Virus record (IMG/VR): IMGVR_UViG_3300027771_000002
Location: 1 to 33,914 of that record
From: a virus
Taxonomy: Duplodnaviria > Caudoviricetes
DNA: 33,914 nt
Reading direction: 5' to 3' (one strand)
How positions within the stretch are numbered: the first letter of the stretch is position 1; each line of letters starts with the position of its first letter. Of this stretch, positions 1-9,457 are shown in pieces. Under the pieces are notes generated by a model. That model ran no database searches. It was not told the DNA's origin and saw nothing but the letters and a program-made list of their open reading frames with translations. The translations under genes were made by a program, and so were the position numbers.

Positions 1-127
1 CTTGGTGTTGGTAAAACTGGGTCGGGTTATTGAATTCCTCTATTTCAGCAGCCGTTGGCTGTCGCATAGGCGCAGTAGGAGTATTTGCGGCTACTTCGTT
101 AGCTTTTTGAAAATACTGGGTTATACC
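1..127. repeat. 127-bp terminal direct repeat (copy 1); circular assembly overlap
   Basis: Identical to 33788-33914. An ORF reads in frame across the join, and 127 is a common assembler k-mer size. Confidence 0.95.
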
Positions 128-397
128 GCCAGCACCATTAAGCGGATCGCCTAGTGCAGCAGGCTGTGGTGTAGCAATTCCACGAGCCGCATCAGGCTGC
201 ATAGGTTGAGCGACAGCACCCGGTTGGGCAGGCATAGCCTGAAACGGATTAGGCAACATCCCGCCGAATGGGGTACTCATCTGCGGCGAAAACGCAGGGG
301 CAGCAGATAACGCGGGAGCAACGGGTGCTGCTGGCGCATTGGGGAGCATGCCCGGTTTGGTCATTCCGACCATGTTGGGATTACCTGCACCAGCCAT
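1..397 (-). CDS. 5' part of a 682-aa Pro/Ala/Gln/Asn-rich putative internal virion (DNA ejection) protein continuing at 33787-32136
   Basis: ATG at 397 overlaps the upstream TAA. The frame (MAGAGNPNMVGMTKPGMLPNAPAAP...) is open for 110 codons to position 67, which equals 33854, the start of the listed 572-aa ORF. Confidence 0.85.
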   Translation of the reverse strand, partial: MAGAGNPNMVGMTKPGMLPNAPAAPVAPALSAAPAFSPQMSTPFGGMLPNPFQAMPAQPGAVAQPMQPDAARGIATPQPAALGDPLNGAGGITQYFQKANEVAANTPTAPMRQPTAAEIEEFNNPTQFYQHQ

Positions 398-831
398 TAG
401 AACATCCCCCCATTAAAATACGGATAAGGATTTACTGGGGCATCAGGTTTTACAGCGGTTGGGTCAACGAACAAATCATCATACGCCTGGGCTTGCCCTG
501 GTCTTGATTTATTCATATCTGCCACTGCCATTTCAAACATGGGGAAAGACGAGTGCGTTGCCATGCCGTTATAGTCAGTAGCCTCTGGCATACCGTCCAT
601 CGCGTTCATGCCGGGATCAACCAACCCAAAGGCAGATGCTGCATCAATATTGGATTGCATAGCCTGCTGTTGAGGTTGGGTAAACCCAGCAACGTCTGGA
701 CCCATGTAAGGCATATAGCCAACCTTCTGCAATTCTTCGGCTCTTGCCATATTCCGCATTGACGGCTGCTGAATCCAACTTGGAATCTCAACCGATGATG
801 ATTGCTTACCGCCTTTTCCGCCACCTGACAT
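397..831 (-). CDS. putative internal virion/DNA transfer protein
   Basis: 144 aa with N-terminus MSGGGKGGKQSSSVEIPSW and a later PYMGPDVAGFT motif. It lies after the nozzle and GNAT genes, as podoviral ejection genes do. Confidence 0.6.
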   Translation of the reverse strand: MSGGGKGGKQSSSVEIPSWIQQPSMRNMARAEELQKVGYMPYMGPDVAGFTQPQQQAMQSNIDAASAFGLVDPGMNAMDGMPEATDYNGMATHSSFPMFEMAVADMNKSRPGQAQAYDDLFVDPTAVKPDAPVNPYPYFNGGMF

Positions 832-832
832 A

Positions 833-1198
833 TCAAATATCCTTTGTAAGTGTGGTGAACGCTTCGGTCCACCCTTTGGTTTTTAAAACTCTTGACCAGC
901 CTTTGCGACCAGCGATAGTCATTGCTGTACAACCCTGGGCCTTGGCAAACGCCATAGCAGAGTCATCCATATCGACAATTTGGTTTTTCTCTCCCCCAGC
1001 TAGAAAGATATGGAACACTTTCTTGCGGGGAAAAATGATAATTTCTGTTACAGCACAGCCGTTTTCTGCAGGCCAAAACTGCATGTGCGCGGTAGAAATA
1101 CCCTGCACAATATCTTCGTAAATGTGCGTACCACCAGAATACTCAAGCGCGGATTCAATCCACGGTCTACACCGATTAAGCTCATCACTTAGCGACAT
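833..1198 (-). CDS. GNAT-fold acetyltransferase-like virion protein
   Basis: 121 aa with FHIFLAGGE...FAKAQGCTAMTIAGRKGWSRVLK...GW. Its position matches T7 gp13-like genes. Confidence 0.6.
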   Translation of the reverse strand: MSLSDELNRCRPWIESALEYSGGTHIYEDIVQGISTAHMQFWPAENGCAVTEIIIFPRKKVFHIFLAGGEKNQIVDMDDSAMAFAKAQGCTAMTIAGRKGWSRVLKTKGWTEAFTTLTKDI

Positions 1199-1834
1199 TT
1201 ATTGCTCTATTCGAGTAATCGAAACCTGCACCGCAGGGATGGCGGGTATGGGTGATGATGCGGCTGCATTAGGCAGCGTTAAGCCTGTGTTAGAGACTGA
1301 GTAGAGAACCTTTAGATAATTGCCAGCGGCTACTGTTACAAGCGCCGTATGGCTAATTATATCGGCCCCAGCAACGGCCTTTCTAACAGCAAATCCATCG
1401 GTCCCGTTGACGTTAATCCACAGATACCCGGTATAACTAGAGCTTGCGGTTGCCTGCGCGGTTACCGTGACTTGCAGCAGTCCAGCTTCGGTGCAGTTAA
1501 TTTTGGTGGCGTCTGATCCATTAATCGCCAAGCCATTAGCCTGCGTTGCGCTGTTAAACGTAATTGGTGTGGCGGTGTTCGCATTTGACGCCGTCTGAGT
1601 AGCCGTTGCATAGAATTGGCCGCAGCCTCCTTCCATTAAGATTTGCTTGTAAGCGTTACCTTTAGCGATCACTGGGTATCCAGTGTTATCCCACAGCATG
1701 ACGCCCTGTGATGCCGCAGAGTCGCCTGTTAAACGATAAACTAACTGTGATTTGGTAGACGATAGGCTATCAATAAGGCGCTTGCCCCATAACTTCCAGT
1801 CTGGGCCAATCGGTTGTGGTAACTGATAGCTCAA
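1199..1834 (-). CDS. putative tail-associated structural protein
   Basis: 211 aa with a beta-rich Ala/Thr C-terminal domain, translationally coupled to the nozzle gene. Confidence 0.5.
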   Translation of the reverse strand: MSYQLPQPIGPDWKLWGKRLIDSLSSTKSQLVYRLTGDSAASQGVMLWDNTGYPVIAKGNAYKQILMEGGCGQFYATATQTASNANTATPITFNSATQANGLAINGSDATKINCTEAGLLQVTVTAQATASSSYTGYLWINVNGTDGFAVRKAVAGADIISHTALVTVAAGNYLKVLYSVSNTGLTLPNAAASSPIPAIPAVQVSITRIEQ

Positions 1835-3303
1835 CGTCTGCCTCCCTCAATGACATTTAACCGCATCTTGCCTGCGCGCCAGTCTTTGAGGTCAGTGCCG
1901 TTTATCCGCATCCTTACCTGGCGACCTTGAAACCTTGCCCCGGTTGGATTGCCTAGCGTAAAGGGACCATGACTAGACTCTTCACCGTTAGGATAAAAGC
2001 GCGTCTTAAACGTCAGGCTTACCTCACCCTGCGAACCTTCGTCGGGGATGATTTCGTTGACCTTAATAATGGTCTGACCGCTACCCATCGCAATCGGCCC
2101 AGACTCTAAAAATGGCGCAGAGTCATGCGCTAAACCAAACTCATGGTTGTACAAGTTCCCAGAAGCATCAAACCAAAGCGGCGATCTGAAAGCACCTAAG
2201 TCAACGCCTGATGTACGCGATAGCGTACCTATATTCCAATGACCCTCCTTATAGTCATAGACTACATAACGATCATTCTCCATCGAGTCGCCAGATGGGT
2301 AAAACCACCAGACTTCACCAAATTGCGAATTGTGAATCGCGCAGACCTTTGAGCGTTGCGCTGCGTTTAGTGAGGTAAACACATAGTCTAAAACTTCACA
2401 TGGCATTTCTTGTACGGAGCTTCCGTTGTACTGAAAGAACCCTCCCGTACCCATCCAAAATGCGCCCTCATCAACAGCAATCGCTGCCTGGCGAGAGATA
2501 ATCCCGCACGATGTGCCAACTCTACTGAATGAGTAAACAAAGGGTGGTCCTGCGTAAGTAGCTGAGTGAGCATCTAAATTGGTTAGTATGAGCGCAGAAC
2601 CCTTTACCCGGATGCCGCACATAATTTCGCCAGTTGTTTGCAGTTCAATGTCACCCGCTTGATTAGTTGTCGCTGCAGCCCATAGGTTGTTGTTCTCTCG
2701 ATCCGACCAGGCAACCTTTTGTGGGTTACCCCCTGACGCGAGAGCAAACACAAAACGCTCGTCAGTCACCATGATTGCTTTATTGCCCGTAGGCGCATTA
2801 CTTAAAACAGCAGCCACTGTTGATCCGTTAAGCTGCCATTGATATATCTTCCCATCCGCTGACGAGCAAGCGACCAAATACTGACCAAAGTTATCGAGCG
2901 ACCACGTTGTTACGTTCGCAGGTAACGCGCCATCCCTTGACGTTCCATAAGCTGTATTGCCGTAGGTCTGTCCACCGAAGCCATAGTTTATATTGCCGTT
3001 AACAGCACCCGCTGTGAAACTGGTCGGCGTAATGTCACTAACTGTTGAGCCTTGATTGATCGCGTACAGTTTGTTGTGCGTCCCAACGGCAATGTGGGCA
3101 TCGTCAGAGTGATCTGTCCAAGCGACTGCTCCTCTGGGAACTGATGCGGTTGCGCTGGCCTTGCGTGTTGTCCATCCACCGATTGGGCGAACAGAGCCAT
3201 TTTGCCATCTGATAAAGTTGCCATCAATCCAACGGCCAGACGAGTCTAAATCCGTCCCGTGGTTGTAAATACCCGCCGGGAGTTCAAGGGCGATAAGCGC
3301 CAT
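1831..3303 (-). CDS. tail nozzle / packaged-DNA stabilization protein (P22 gp10-like)
   Basis: 490 aa, beta-propeller-like (WSLDNFGQYLVAC, VAWSDREN, GEVWWFYPS), ending RFQGRQVRMRI...WRAGKMRL as in podoviral nozzles. Confidence 0.7.
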   Translation of the reverse strand: MALIALELPAGIYNHGTDLDSSGRWIDGNFIRWQNGSVRPIGGWTTRKASATASVPRGAVAWTDHSDDAHIAVGTHNKLYAINQGSTVSDITPTSFTAGAVNGNINYGFGGQTYGNTAYGTSRDGALPANVTTWSLDNFGQYLVACSSADGKIYQWQLNGSTVAAVLSNAPTGNKAIMVTDERFVFALASGGNPQKVAWSDRENNNLWAAATTNQAGDIELQTTGEIMCGIRVKGSALILTNLDAHSATYAGPPFVYSFSRVGTSCGIISRQAAIAVDEGAFWMGTGGFFQYNGSSVQEMPCEVLDYVFTSLNAAQRSKVCAIHNSQFGEVWWFYPSGDSMENDRYVVYDYKEGHWNIGTLSRTSGVDLGAFRSPLWFDASGNLYNHEFGLAHDSAPFLESGPIAMGSGQTIIKVNEIIPDEGSQGEVSLTFKTRFYPNGEESSHGPFTLGNPTGARFQGRQVRMRINGTDLKDWRAGKMRLNVIEGGRR

Positions 3304-3345
3304 AATGTTTTCCTTGAGCCGCCGGGTTAACCAGCAGGTTATGAA

Positions 3346-3546
3346 TTAGGTGTGAATTTGTACCCGCTTGGGGTCAACGTAAGCTGGCTTGCACCAGGCT
3401 CTTACAGGATTTCCATACCGAATGTTTGAAGACTGCCAGGTTAACTGTTGCGCGAAATATCGGCAGCGCGTGAGGTCTTTCCAATAACTTTGCGTTTTAT
3501 CAATCTCACCATTTACAGACACGACAAGAACAAATACGAGCAACAT
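3346..3546 (-). CDS. small hypothetical protein with hydrophobic N-terminus and two Cys
   Basis: 66-aa ORF; its start overlaps the upstream stop (TAATG). Confidence 0.6.
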   Translation of the reverse strand: MLLVFVLVVSVNGEIDKTQSYWKDLTRCRYFAQQLTWQSSNIRYGNPVRAWCKPAYVDPKRVQIHT

Positions 3547-3713
3547 TACTTTTTGGCTTTTAGCTTGGCTTTACTAGACAAATCTTTTAAATGAAATAAC
3601 TTTACGCTTGTTTTGGTATGCGACTTGTTACTGTGCAGTGTGCCATCAGACATTTTGTGGCTAGTGCCTTTATGCTCAGTGCCATCTTTTTTGTAGTGCT
3701 TAACGCCTTTCAT
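3546..3713 (-). CDS. 55-aa Lys/His-rich hypothetical protein (not in ORF track)
   Basis: Translated by hand as MKGVKHYKKDGTEHKGTSHKMSDGTLHSNKSHTKTSVKLFHLKDLSSKAK...; GAGG upstream; abuts both neighbours. Confidence 0.7.
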   Translation of the reverse strand: MKGVKHYKKDGTEHKGTSHKMSDGTLHSNKSHTKTSVKLFHLKDLSSKAKLKAKK

Positions 3714-3827
3714 TTACCTCGACCTTTTCTTGTTAGCTGTTGCTCTCGCGTTGCGTTTAGGCAAAGCAGGTTTCGCCTTTTTTCGCGTTTTTGTAGCCGC
3801 AGTTTTCTTATATGATACTTTAGCCAT
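3714..3827 (-). CDS. 37-aa highly basic protein (not in ORF track)
   Basis: MAKVSYKKTAATKTRKKAKPALPKRNARATANKKRSR; RBS GAGGA upstream. Confidence 0.65.
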   Translation of the reverse strand: MAKVSYKKTAATKTRKKAKPALPKRNARATANKKRSR

Positions 3828-3839
3828 GACCTATCCTCT

Positions 3840-4001
3840 TTACTGTTTGGCCTTGCCTATATTAAGCGCGACGATATCTAGTAGCTTTTGTGCCTTACCC
3901 ACCAGATCATCATCTTTCTTTGTTTCAGTGAGCGCAGCAATCAACGACGCTAAACTGATTACTGAAGTTATAATATTAAAATACTCTATCAGGACTGACA
4001 T
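3840..4001 (-). CDS. 53-aa small membrane protein (not in ORF track)
   Basis: MSVLIEYFNIITSVISLASLIAALTETKKDDDLVGKAQKLLDIVALNIGKAKQ; GGAG RBS; TGATG coupling to the upstream gene. Confidence 0.7.
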   Translation of the reverse strand: MSVLIEYFNIITSVISLASLIAALTETKKDDDLVGKAQKLLDIVALNIGKAKQ

Positions 4002-4345
4002 CACCAAGGCACTCCAGTAGCTTCACTTGTAGCGCGATCAATCTGACCCTCAACTCTGGCGGTACGGTTAGCTTCGACACGGGCTTTAGCTTCTGCCGCT
4101 GTTTCCTCACCCTCTATCAAGCTGTTGTATACCCAACCAAGCACATCAGCTTCTGTTAAATCAGCATAAGCAATATAACCTGACGCCGAAGCATCATACG
4201 TAGAGAGTAACTTGCCGCCTTCTACCGCCGTGTAAGCAGGGTCGGTGTCAGACGTTGCTCCACAAGACCAATATGCCTTAATTACGCCACCGTCTGCGCC
4301 AATGTGTGTCATGTCGGTCACTGACCAAGTTGTAGTTATAGCCAT
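4001..4345 (-). CDS. tail fibre-associated small protein
   Basis: 114 aa with YIAYADLTEADVLGWV and a C-terminal GVPW; directly downstream of the tail fibre gene. Confidence 0.65.
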   Translation of the reverse strand: MAITTTWSVTDMTHIGADGGVIKAYWSCGATSDTDPAYTAVEGGKLLSTYDASASGYIAYADLTEADVLGWVYNSLIEGEETAAEAKARVEANRTARVEGQIDRATSEATGVPW

Positions 4346-4348
4346 AGA

Positions 4349-5947
4349 TTATTCTCCTTCGAGCGCGGTTAATCTTGCTTCTAAAGTTTCGATTCGGGTC
4401 ATAGCTTCTTGAAGTGCCTTCACTGCTTTCATATAAAGAATAGAATAACTTACGCTTTTAGTCACTGTTCCAATGTCGTTGTTTTCAGAATCTTTGTCAG
4501 GATGCTCATCCACAAGACCACCCATTCCTGCTTCTTCAAGTTCTTGTGCAATCACCCCTAGCATATTAGGGGCATCAAGATTATCAGCCTTCATGCTGTA
4601 CTTACGAATCTTTAACGCTTTAATATCATCCCATTGACTAGAAGCATCTATGATATTTTCTTTTAATTTAAGGTCGGAAATTCCTGTGTAACTATTGTTA
4701 ATATTCTGGACATTGCCGTTTGTATAGACAATAAATTTATTTTGTCCAGCAGATTTAGCAACTATGATCGCTTGTACCGTGTTGCTAGTGCCGTTCGCTA
4801 ACTCAACTAGTAAACCATACGGGTTGGTAGAACTGGTATTTTTTATTAGTAAACCATAATTGCCATTTACAGATGAAGTTCCTGTAATTTGTCCTGCCTC
4901 ATCAATCCTAAATAACTCAGTACCGCCAGTAGTCCCCGTGCGATCTTTTGCAATGCGAAAGGTTTCGTTACTAGAACTTGCGTTTGAATCAATATTGATA
5001 AAAAGGCCAGCCGGAACATTTATAACTCCGTTGTGACTTCCGTTATCATCTAGCTCAAGAACACCGTTTGTTGAAACGAGTTTTGCTGCTGTGACTGTAG
5101 AATTGAAAATCGCAGACCCTGAATCTGACATATCCAAACGGAGGGCTGTCACCGTAGCGCCGTTATCATTGCCTTTAAATACAATGTCTCCATCCTGTAC
5201 CCCTGATTTAATAACAGCATCAGAACTAGAACTTTCTATCACAAGGTATTGGAGGGTAGCGTCTTCAAATATTACAGTTCCGGCATTATCAGCATTTAGT
5301 GCAATATATCCTGCGACGTCTAAAGTGAAGTTGCCGTTAGGCGCACCTATGGTTCCGTTTGTTCCGTCACTTGTTATTTCAATATCGTTACCTGCTCCGA
5401 ACGAGGCGGTTTTGCCATCACCTAAACGAACATGAGAAGCATAATAGGCTGTCCCACCGTCGCTCATATCAAGGGTAAGCGCAATAATTCCTGTGCCGCC
5501 ATCACTACCTCTAAAGACTATATCTTTGTTAGATGTGGGGGAGTAAATATTAAAATCACCAGAACCTGAGTTAAAAAACTGACCAAAATTAACTGAGTCA
5601 TCGGCTAGGCTGACAACACTCCCATCAACATTGATCGTAAGGTTTCCACCGACATCAAAAGTTAATGAGCCGCTTGCATCTATCTCACTGCCATCTATTG
5701 TGATGGTATCTACAGAAAGTGACGTAACGGATGCAGCCGCAGGATTAGCCGCTCCGATTAGTGCGCCATCTATAGTGCCTCCATCAATGTCAGGGGTGTT
5801 GAGGTCCATATTGGCAACAGCCGTAGTCCCGTCCAACAAATTATCAAGATTGTCCAGATTCGTGTTGATCTTGGTTCCCCAAGAGTCTTCGGACGCGCCA
5901 ACTTCAGGCTTAACTAATGAATATGTTGTAGTCGTTGTATCAGCCAT
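4349..5947 (-). CDS. tail fibre with C-terminal peptidase S74 intramolecular chaperone
   Basis: N-terminal anchor [20 protein letters not shown]; C-terminal SDLKLKENI...GVIAQE...[14 protein letters not shown] followed by a coiled coil. Confidence 0.85.
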   Translation of the reverse strand: MADTTTTTYSLVKPEVGASEDSWGTKINTNLDNLDNLLDGTTAVANMDLNTPDIDGGTIDGALIGAANPAAASVTSLSVDTITIDGSEIDASGSLTFDVGGNLTINVDGSVVSLADDSVNFGQFFNSGSGDFNIYSPTSNKDIVFRGSDGGTGIIALTLDMSDGGTAYYASHVRLGDGKTASFGAGNDIEITSDGTNGTIGAPNGNFTLDVAGYIALNADNAGTVIFEDATLQYLVIESSSSDAVIKSGVQDGDIVFKGNDNGATVTALRLDMSDSGSAIFNSTVTAAKLVSTNGVLELDDNGSHNGVINVPAGLFINIDSNASSSNETFRIAKDRTGTTGGTELFRIDEAGQITGTSSVNGNYGLLIKNTSSTNPYGLLVELANGTSNTVQAIIVAKSAGQNKFIVYTNGNVQNINNSYTGISDLKLKENIIDASSQWDDIKALKIRKYSMKADNLDAPNMLGVIAQELEEAGMGGLVDEHPDKDSENNDIGTVTKSVSYSILYMKAVKALQEAMTRIETLEARLTALEGE

Positions 5948-6526
5948 TTAAGCGGCCTCCCATAAATTATCGTTGCTGGACGCATCGGTCCAAGTATTTG
6001 TTGTCAGGTTAATATCTGACCAAGTGTTATCGTCTACCGCGTTATCAATCCAAAGGATCGAGCCGCTAACAGAAACTGTTGAGAACGGACCCATTACGAC
6101 TAAACCAGACGCCGTGATAAATCCTACCGGGGTAAGCTGGCTTTGTGCAGACAGTAAAGCAGCACCAGACACCACCATGACGCCTGCAGCCGTTACAGCC
6201 GATACGCCAACTATGGTAGAGGCTCCGTCTTTAACTTTAAGACCTGCCGCCACCACGCTAGATGCTGATGCAATTGTTGTGGCCCCGGCCAATATTGAAA
6301 CGCCAGAGACTGACACGCTCGATGCGCCTGGTATTGCTGATGCGCCTTGTCGGACTAACGTGCCTGTTGAGCTAACACTTGACGCTGATGCAATGGCACT
6401 TACGCCATCTTTAACCACCAGGCCACTAGCAGAGACTGCAGACGCTGCCGCAATAGTGGACGCGCCCTCTTCCAAGTCAGCCGTTGAATACGCAGCCTGA
6501 CCATATTTAAACCGACCGTATAACAT
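5948..6526 (-). CDS. Ala/Ser/Val-rich repetitive structural protein
   Basis: 192 aa with about 20-aa repeats of the form GASxIxxASSVSxxG. Confidence 0.65.
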   Translation of the reverse strand: MLYGRFKYGQAAYSTADLEEGASTIAAASAVSASGLVVKDGVSAIASASSVSSTGTLVRQGASAIPGASSVSVSGVSILAGATTIASASSVVAAGLKVKDGASTIVGVSAVTAAGVMVVSGAALLSAQSQLTPVGFITASGLVVMGPFSTVSVSGSILWIDNAVDDNTWSDINLTTNTWTDASSNDNLWEAA

Positions 6527-6527
6527 A

Positions 6528-6908
6528 TTAAGTCAGCGTAATATCGAGATCGCCTGCAGGGATTCTAAACACATCACCAGTCGCAACAGCCTTGCTTGCG
6601 GATAACGTGCCATACGCCATAAGGTTGCCGCTGGTCGCCGCATCAAATACGCCAACGTGACTGACTGTCCCCCATGACCCGGTAGCCGTTGCAAACTCTT
6701 CAGCAGCACTATTGGTCGCTAGATTACCTGACACACTCATCGCCATTGCCAAGCGCGCATAACCGCTACCAGATAGCTCAGTACCACCACCTGTGTCACT
6801 AGGCGCTGCAGTGTACAGTCCAAGGTATAAGTTACTTGGCGCTGTGTAAGCATTGCCGCCGAACACATGATCCAGTATTTCTGTCTCTAAAAAGTTGGTA
6901 AAGCTCAT
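6528..6908 (-). CDS. virion structural protein (tail fibre/collar-associated)
   Basis: 126 aa with LYLGLYTAAPSDTGGGTE...WGTVSHVGVFDAATSGNL, a motif common in phage tail regions. Confidence 0.7.
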   Translation of the reverse strand: MSFTNFLETEILDHVFGGNAYTAPSNLYLGLYTAAPSDTGGGTELSGSGYARLAMAMSVSGNLATNSAAEEFATATGSWGTVSHVGVFDAATSGNLMAYGTLSASKAVATGDVFRIPAGDLDITLT

Positions 6909-7528
6909 CCTAATCCCCGTATCTTTAATTTAAGTCCAGCCCCAGAGTTCTTGCTCGTTTCGCTCTGTAGCGTTAATTGATTAACCGCCGCCCCGTACAT
7001 CTGAGCGAATATTGCCGTTCTCGTGTCTTCCGCCAAATAAGGCGCTGAATGAATCAATGCCCCATATAAGTAAACATCAGGTGCTGTCGTTAACAGCCAG
7101 TTAGTTGTGGCGCTATCAGACAGTTCAGGCACCTTCTGGTAATACAGAATCTCTGCGCCATACGATGCATCCGGTGTGGGGAACAGTTCAAACTGGGACT
7201 CTGAATGCGTAAAGAATAGCGGCGTTCCTGCCGTGTTTGCGCTAGACATTCGCTTCTCTGCAATTGCCTGCTGCGACACCCTAGACATTGCTGTGGTCGT
7301 GCCACTCGTTAGATGCATACGGATAGTCTCAACCCAATCAGACGGCCTTGTGGCGTACTGTGCGTCAAACGTAGTCGTTGCCTTGTTCTCCATCTGCCAA
7401 TGCCTAACATCACGGTTGATCTGTGATTCGGCTAATGAGATAAACGTAGGGATAACTGACGTTAAATCAGAGCGATTGAGGTAGTCAGCAATGCTTGTTT
7501 TAAGCTCGCTGTAAGTAGATATAGCCAT
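6905..7528 (-). CDS. head-to-tail adaptor protein
   Basis: 207 aa with TYSELKTSIADYLNRSDL...FISLAE...TNWLL...PDVYLYGAL. Confidence 0.75.
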   Translation of the reverse strand: MAISTYSELKTSIADYLNRSDLTSVIPTFISLAESQINRDVRHWQMENKATTTFDAQYATRPSDWVETIRMHLTSGTTTAMSRVSQQAIAEKRMSSANTAGTPLFFTHSESQFELFPTPDASYGAEILYYQKVPELSDSATTNWLLTTAPDVYLYGALIHSAPYLAEDTRTAIFAQMYGAAVNQLTLQSETSKNSGAGLKLKIRGLG

Positions 7529-7537
7529 TGGGTTACC

Positions 7538-9457
7538 TTAGATGGGGCTTAGAAATTCACTGCCTTGACGGACAATTTGACGTAGCAGACCTGGCTCCAT
7601 GTAGTTGCCTTTCGTGCCGCTTTTTACACCGGGTATATCGTATAAATCAGGGATGCGCTTTTCGCTACCCGATAGGTTTAAGACCGCATTAATCTGATCA
7701 GAGGTTAAGAAGTTAACCCCATCAGCTACTGCCCGGTTAACACCCGACATGGTTTCTAACGCTGTATCGCCTATTGAATCTAACAAGCCATTACCTTCTG
7801 GCTTGGTGGACGCTTGTGCTTGTTCGGGGGTTATCGTTCCCGCTAGTATCGCTCCAGCAACGGGCATGGTCACACCATACTTCTTGGCAATCTCAATGGT
7901 CTTGTCATCGAACACGACGAAGTTGTTTGTTCTACCTTTAGGCGAGAATCGGGTTTGAGCATCTGCGTACTTAATGCCTTTAACGCCTTTATCATTAAGC
8001 AGCTTAGATAGTGACGCCTCACCGCCTAATTTATTAGCAAACTCTCTATAGGCTTGTGATCCTTGGGATTGATCAAACAACCCCATCGTATTAAAATCTA
8101 CATCGTCAGCGGTCTTGTAAATCTCTTTTAAAATCGGGTCATCCGTCAGCCTGTCTCTCCAAATATCTTTAAAAGCATTTTGTATTTTCTCAGGCTGATC
8201 TTTTAAAGGTAAGTCATAATCAAGAAGATCATCAGTCGAGGCATTAATGTCTACCTCATACATATGACCGCTGTTAGTCGCTTTTATCAATCTTGGCGAT
8301 GGGTCATAGTCTGTAATATTTTTAGATAAGGCCGCTGATATCGCTTGCGATGGGTGGTCAAAGCCTAACCAATCATCGTCATTTAATGCGTCCACAAGCT
8401 CCGTCATTTCCGGGGAAAAAGCTCCTGATCGCGACATATCCATGACATCGGCCGCGTCTGCGTCGTCAGGTAACTCCCGTTGGAATTGACGTTTCTTATC
8501 GGAGTAGTTGGTGCTTTTCTTATAGGTTGTGGCCGTACCTTCACGCTCCGCGAAATACAAACCGTGACCGTATGCCTGTGCGCCCTCACCTGTTCCAATG
8601 TTGTCGGATGAAAACCGATCAAAGTCATGTGGCGACCCATGAAACGCTTTTATTCGACTAAGTATTCCAGCATCAGCATCTTCTGAGGCAAACATGGAGC
8701 CGCCCAATAAACCTAATCCAGTGGCGCTTGCTAATAAGTTGGACGAATCTTTCTTTGATGGATCGAACTGGGCGCTGGTTGAACGTATGTTCTCCGGTCT
8801 CCAGTGGACTTCATTTGCTAAATCATTACCAAACTTGACGTTAAGGCCATCAAAGCCGGTGGCATCACTTAACGCACCTAAAAACTCTCCATTATCGGCA
8901 AATAAATCGGTTAGCTCCTCCGGGTTTCGCCCTGCGTACTGTGAAGCAAGGTCATCAAGCATCCAATCATCTGCACCACCACTCCAAAACGATTCGTAAT
9001 AATCGCCTAATGGATTCATATCATCGTGATCAACAGATCGCTTTAACGCACTAGATTGGTCTAGCATCCCCCTTACTTGATCTTCCCGAAGGTCTAGCAC
9101 CTCACCCAAATGATTAGCTGACTTACCATCAACCTCCATTAGATTGTTTGATCGCGTATACAGGGGTAAAACGCCCGGAGAGTCTGATACCGGAAGACCT
9201 CTACCTTTAAACAAGCCATCAGCATAGCCACTGGCCTGCTGTGGTGAGGTTGATAAATAAAAGCCTGGTCCGTATTGATCCGAGCCCTTACCTGTCAACA
9301 AAGGGTCAAACTGATCAAAACCCTCTAGGTTGTTTGTTCCGTGGTACTTTGGGGCTCTTGTATCAAAATCAATATCGTTAGCCCTAGCCATCCGCGAAGA
9401 GTAATCCATAGCAAGGTCAGAGACAGCGTCAATAATTCCCTTAATCCTATTGCTCAT
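7538..9457 (-). CDS. protein with two tandem ADP-ribosyltransferase-like domains (polyvalent-protein type)
   Basis: Domain 1: YHGT...F..F...GPGFYLS...ASGYA...NIRS...FDP. Domain 2: FHGS...FDRF...GHGLYFAE...A..Y...YEVDI...GIKY...NFVVFD. Confidence 0.7.
   Translation of the reverse strand: MSNRIKGIIDAVSDLAMDYSSRMARANDIDFDTRAPKYHGTNNLEGFDQFDPLLTGKGSDQYGPGFYLSTSPQQASGYADGLFKGRGLPVSDSPGVLPLYTRSNNLMEVDGKSANHLGEVLDLREDQVRGMLDQSSALKRSVDHDDMNPLGDYYESFWSGGADDWMLDDLASQYAGRNPEELTDLFADNGEFLGALSDATGFDGLNVKFGNDLANEVHWRPENIRSTSAQFDPSKKDSSNLLASATGLGLLGGSMFASEDADAGILSRIKAFHGSPHDFDRFSSDNIGTGEGAQAYGHGLYFAEREGTATTYKKSTNYSDKKRQFQRELPDDADAADVMDMSRSGAFSPEMTELVDALNDDDWLGFDHPSQAISAALSKNITDYDPSPRLIKATNSGHMYEVDINASTDDLLDYDLPLKDQPEKIQNAFKDIWRDRLTDDPILKEIYKTADDVDFNTMGLFDQSQGSQAYREFANKLGGEASLSKLLNDKGVKGIKYADAQTRFSPKGRTNNFVVFDDKTIEIAKKYGVTMPVAGAILAGTITPEQAQASTKPEGNGLLDSIGDTALETMSGVNRAVADGVNFLTSDQINAVLNLSGSEKRIPDLYDIPGVKSGTKGNYMEPGLLRQIVRQGSEFLSPI

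Noticed and set aside
1-127. Biological direct terminal repeat
   Set aside because: It falls mid-gene and has a typical k-mer length, so it is best explained as assembly overlap.
4349-5947. Diversity-generating retroelement acting on the tail fibre
   Set aside because: No reverse transcriptase and no template/variable repeat pair were seen.
5091-6500. Long plus-strand ORFs opposite the tail genes, and similar antisense ORFs elsewhere
   Set aside because: They are shadows of Ala/Ser/Gly/Thr-rich genes on the coding strand, with no RBS or recognisable motifs.
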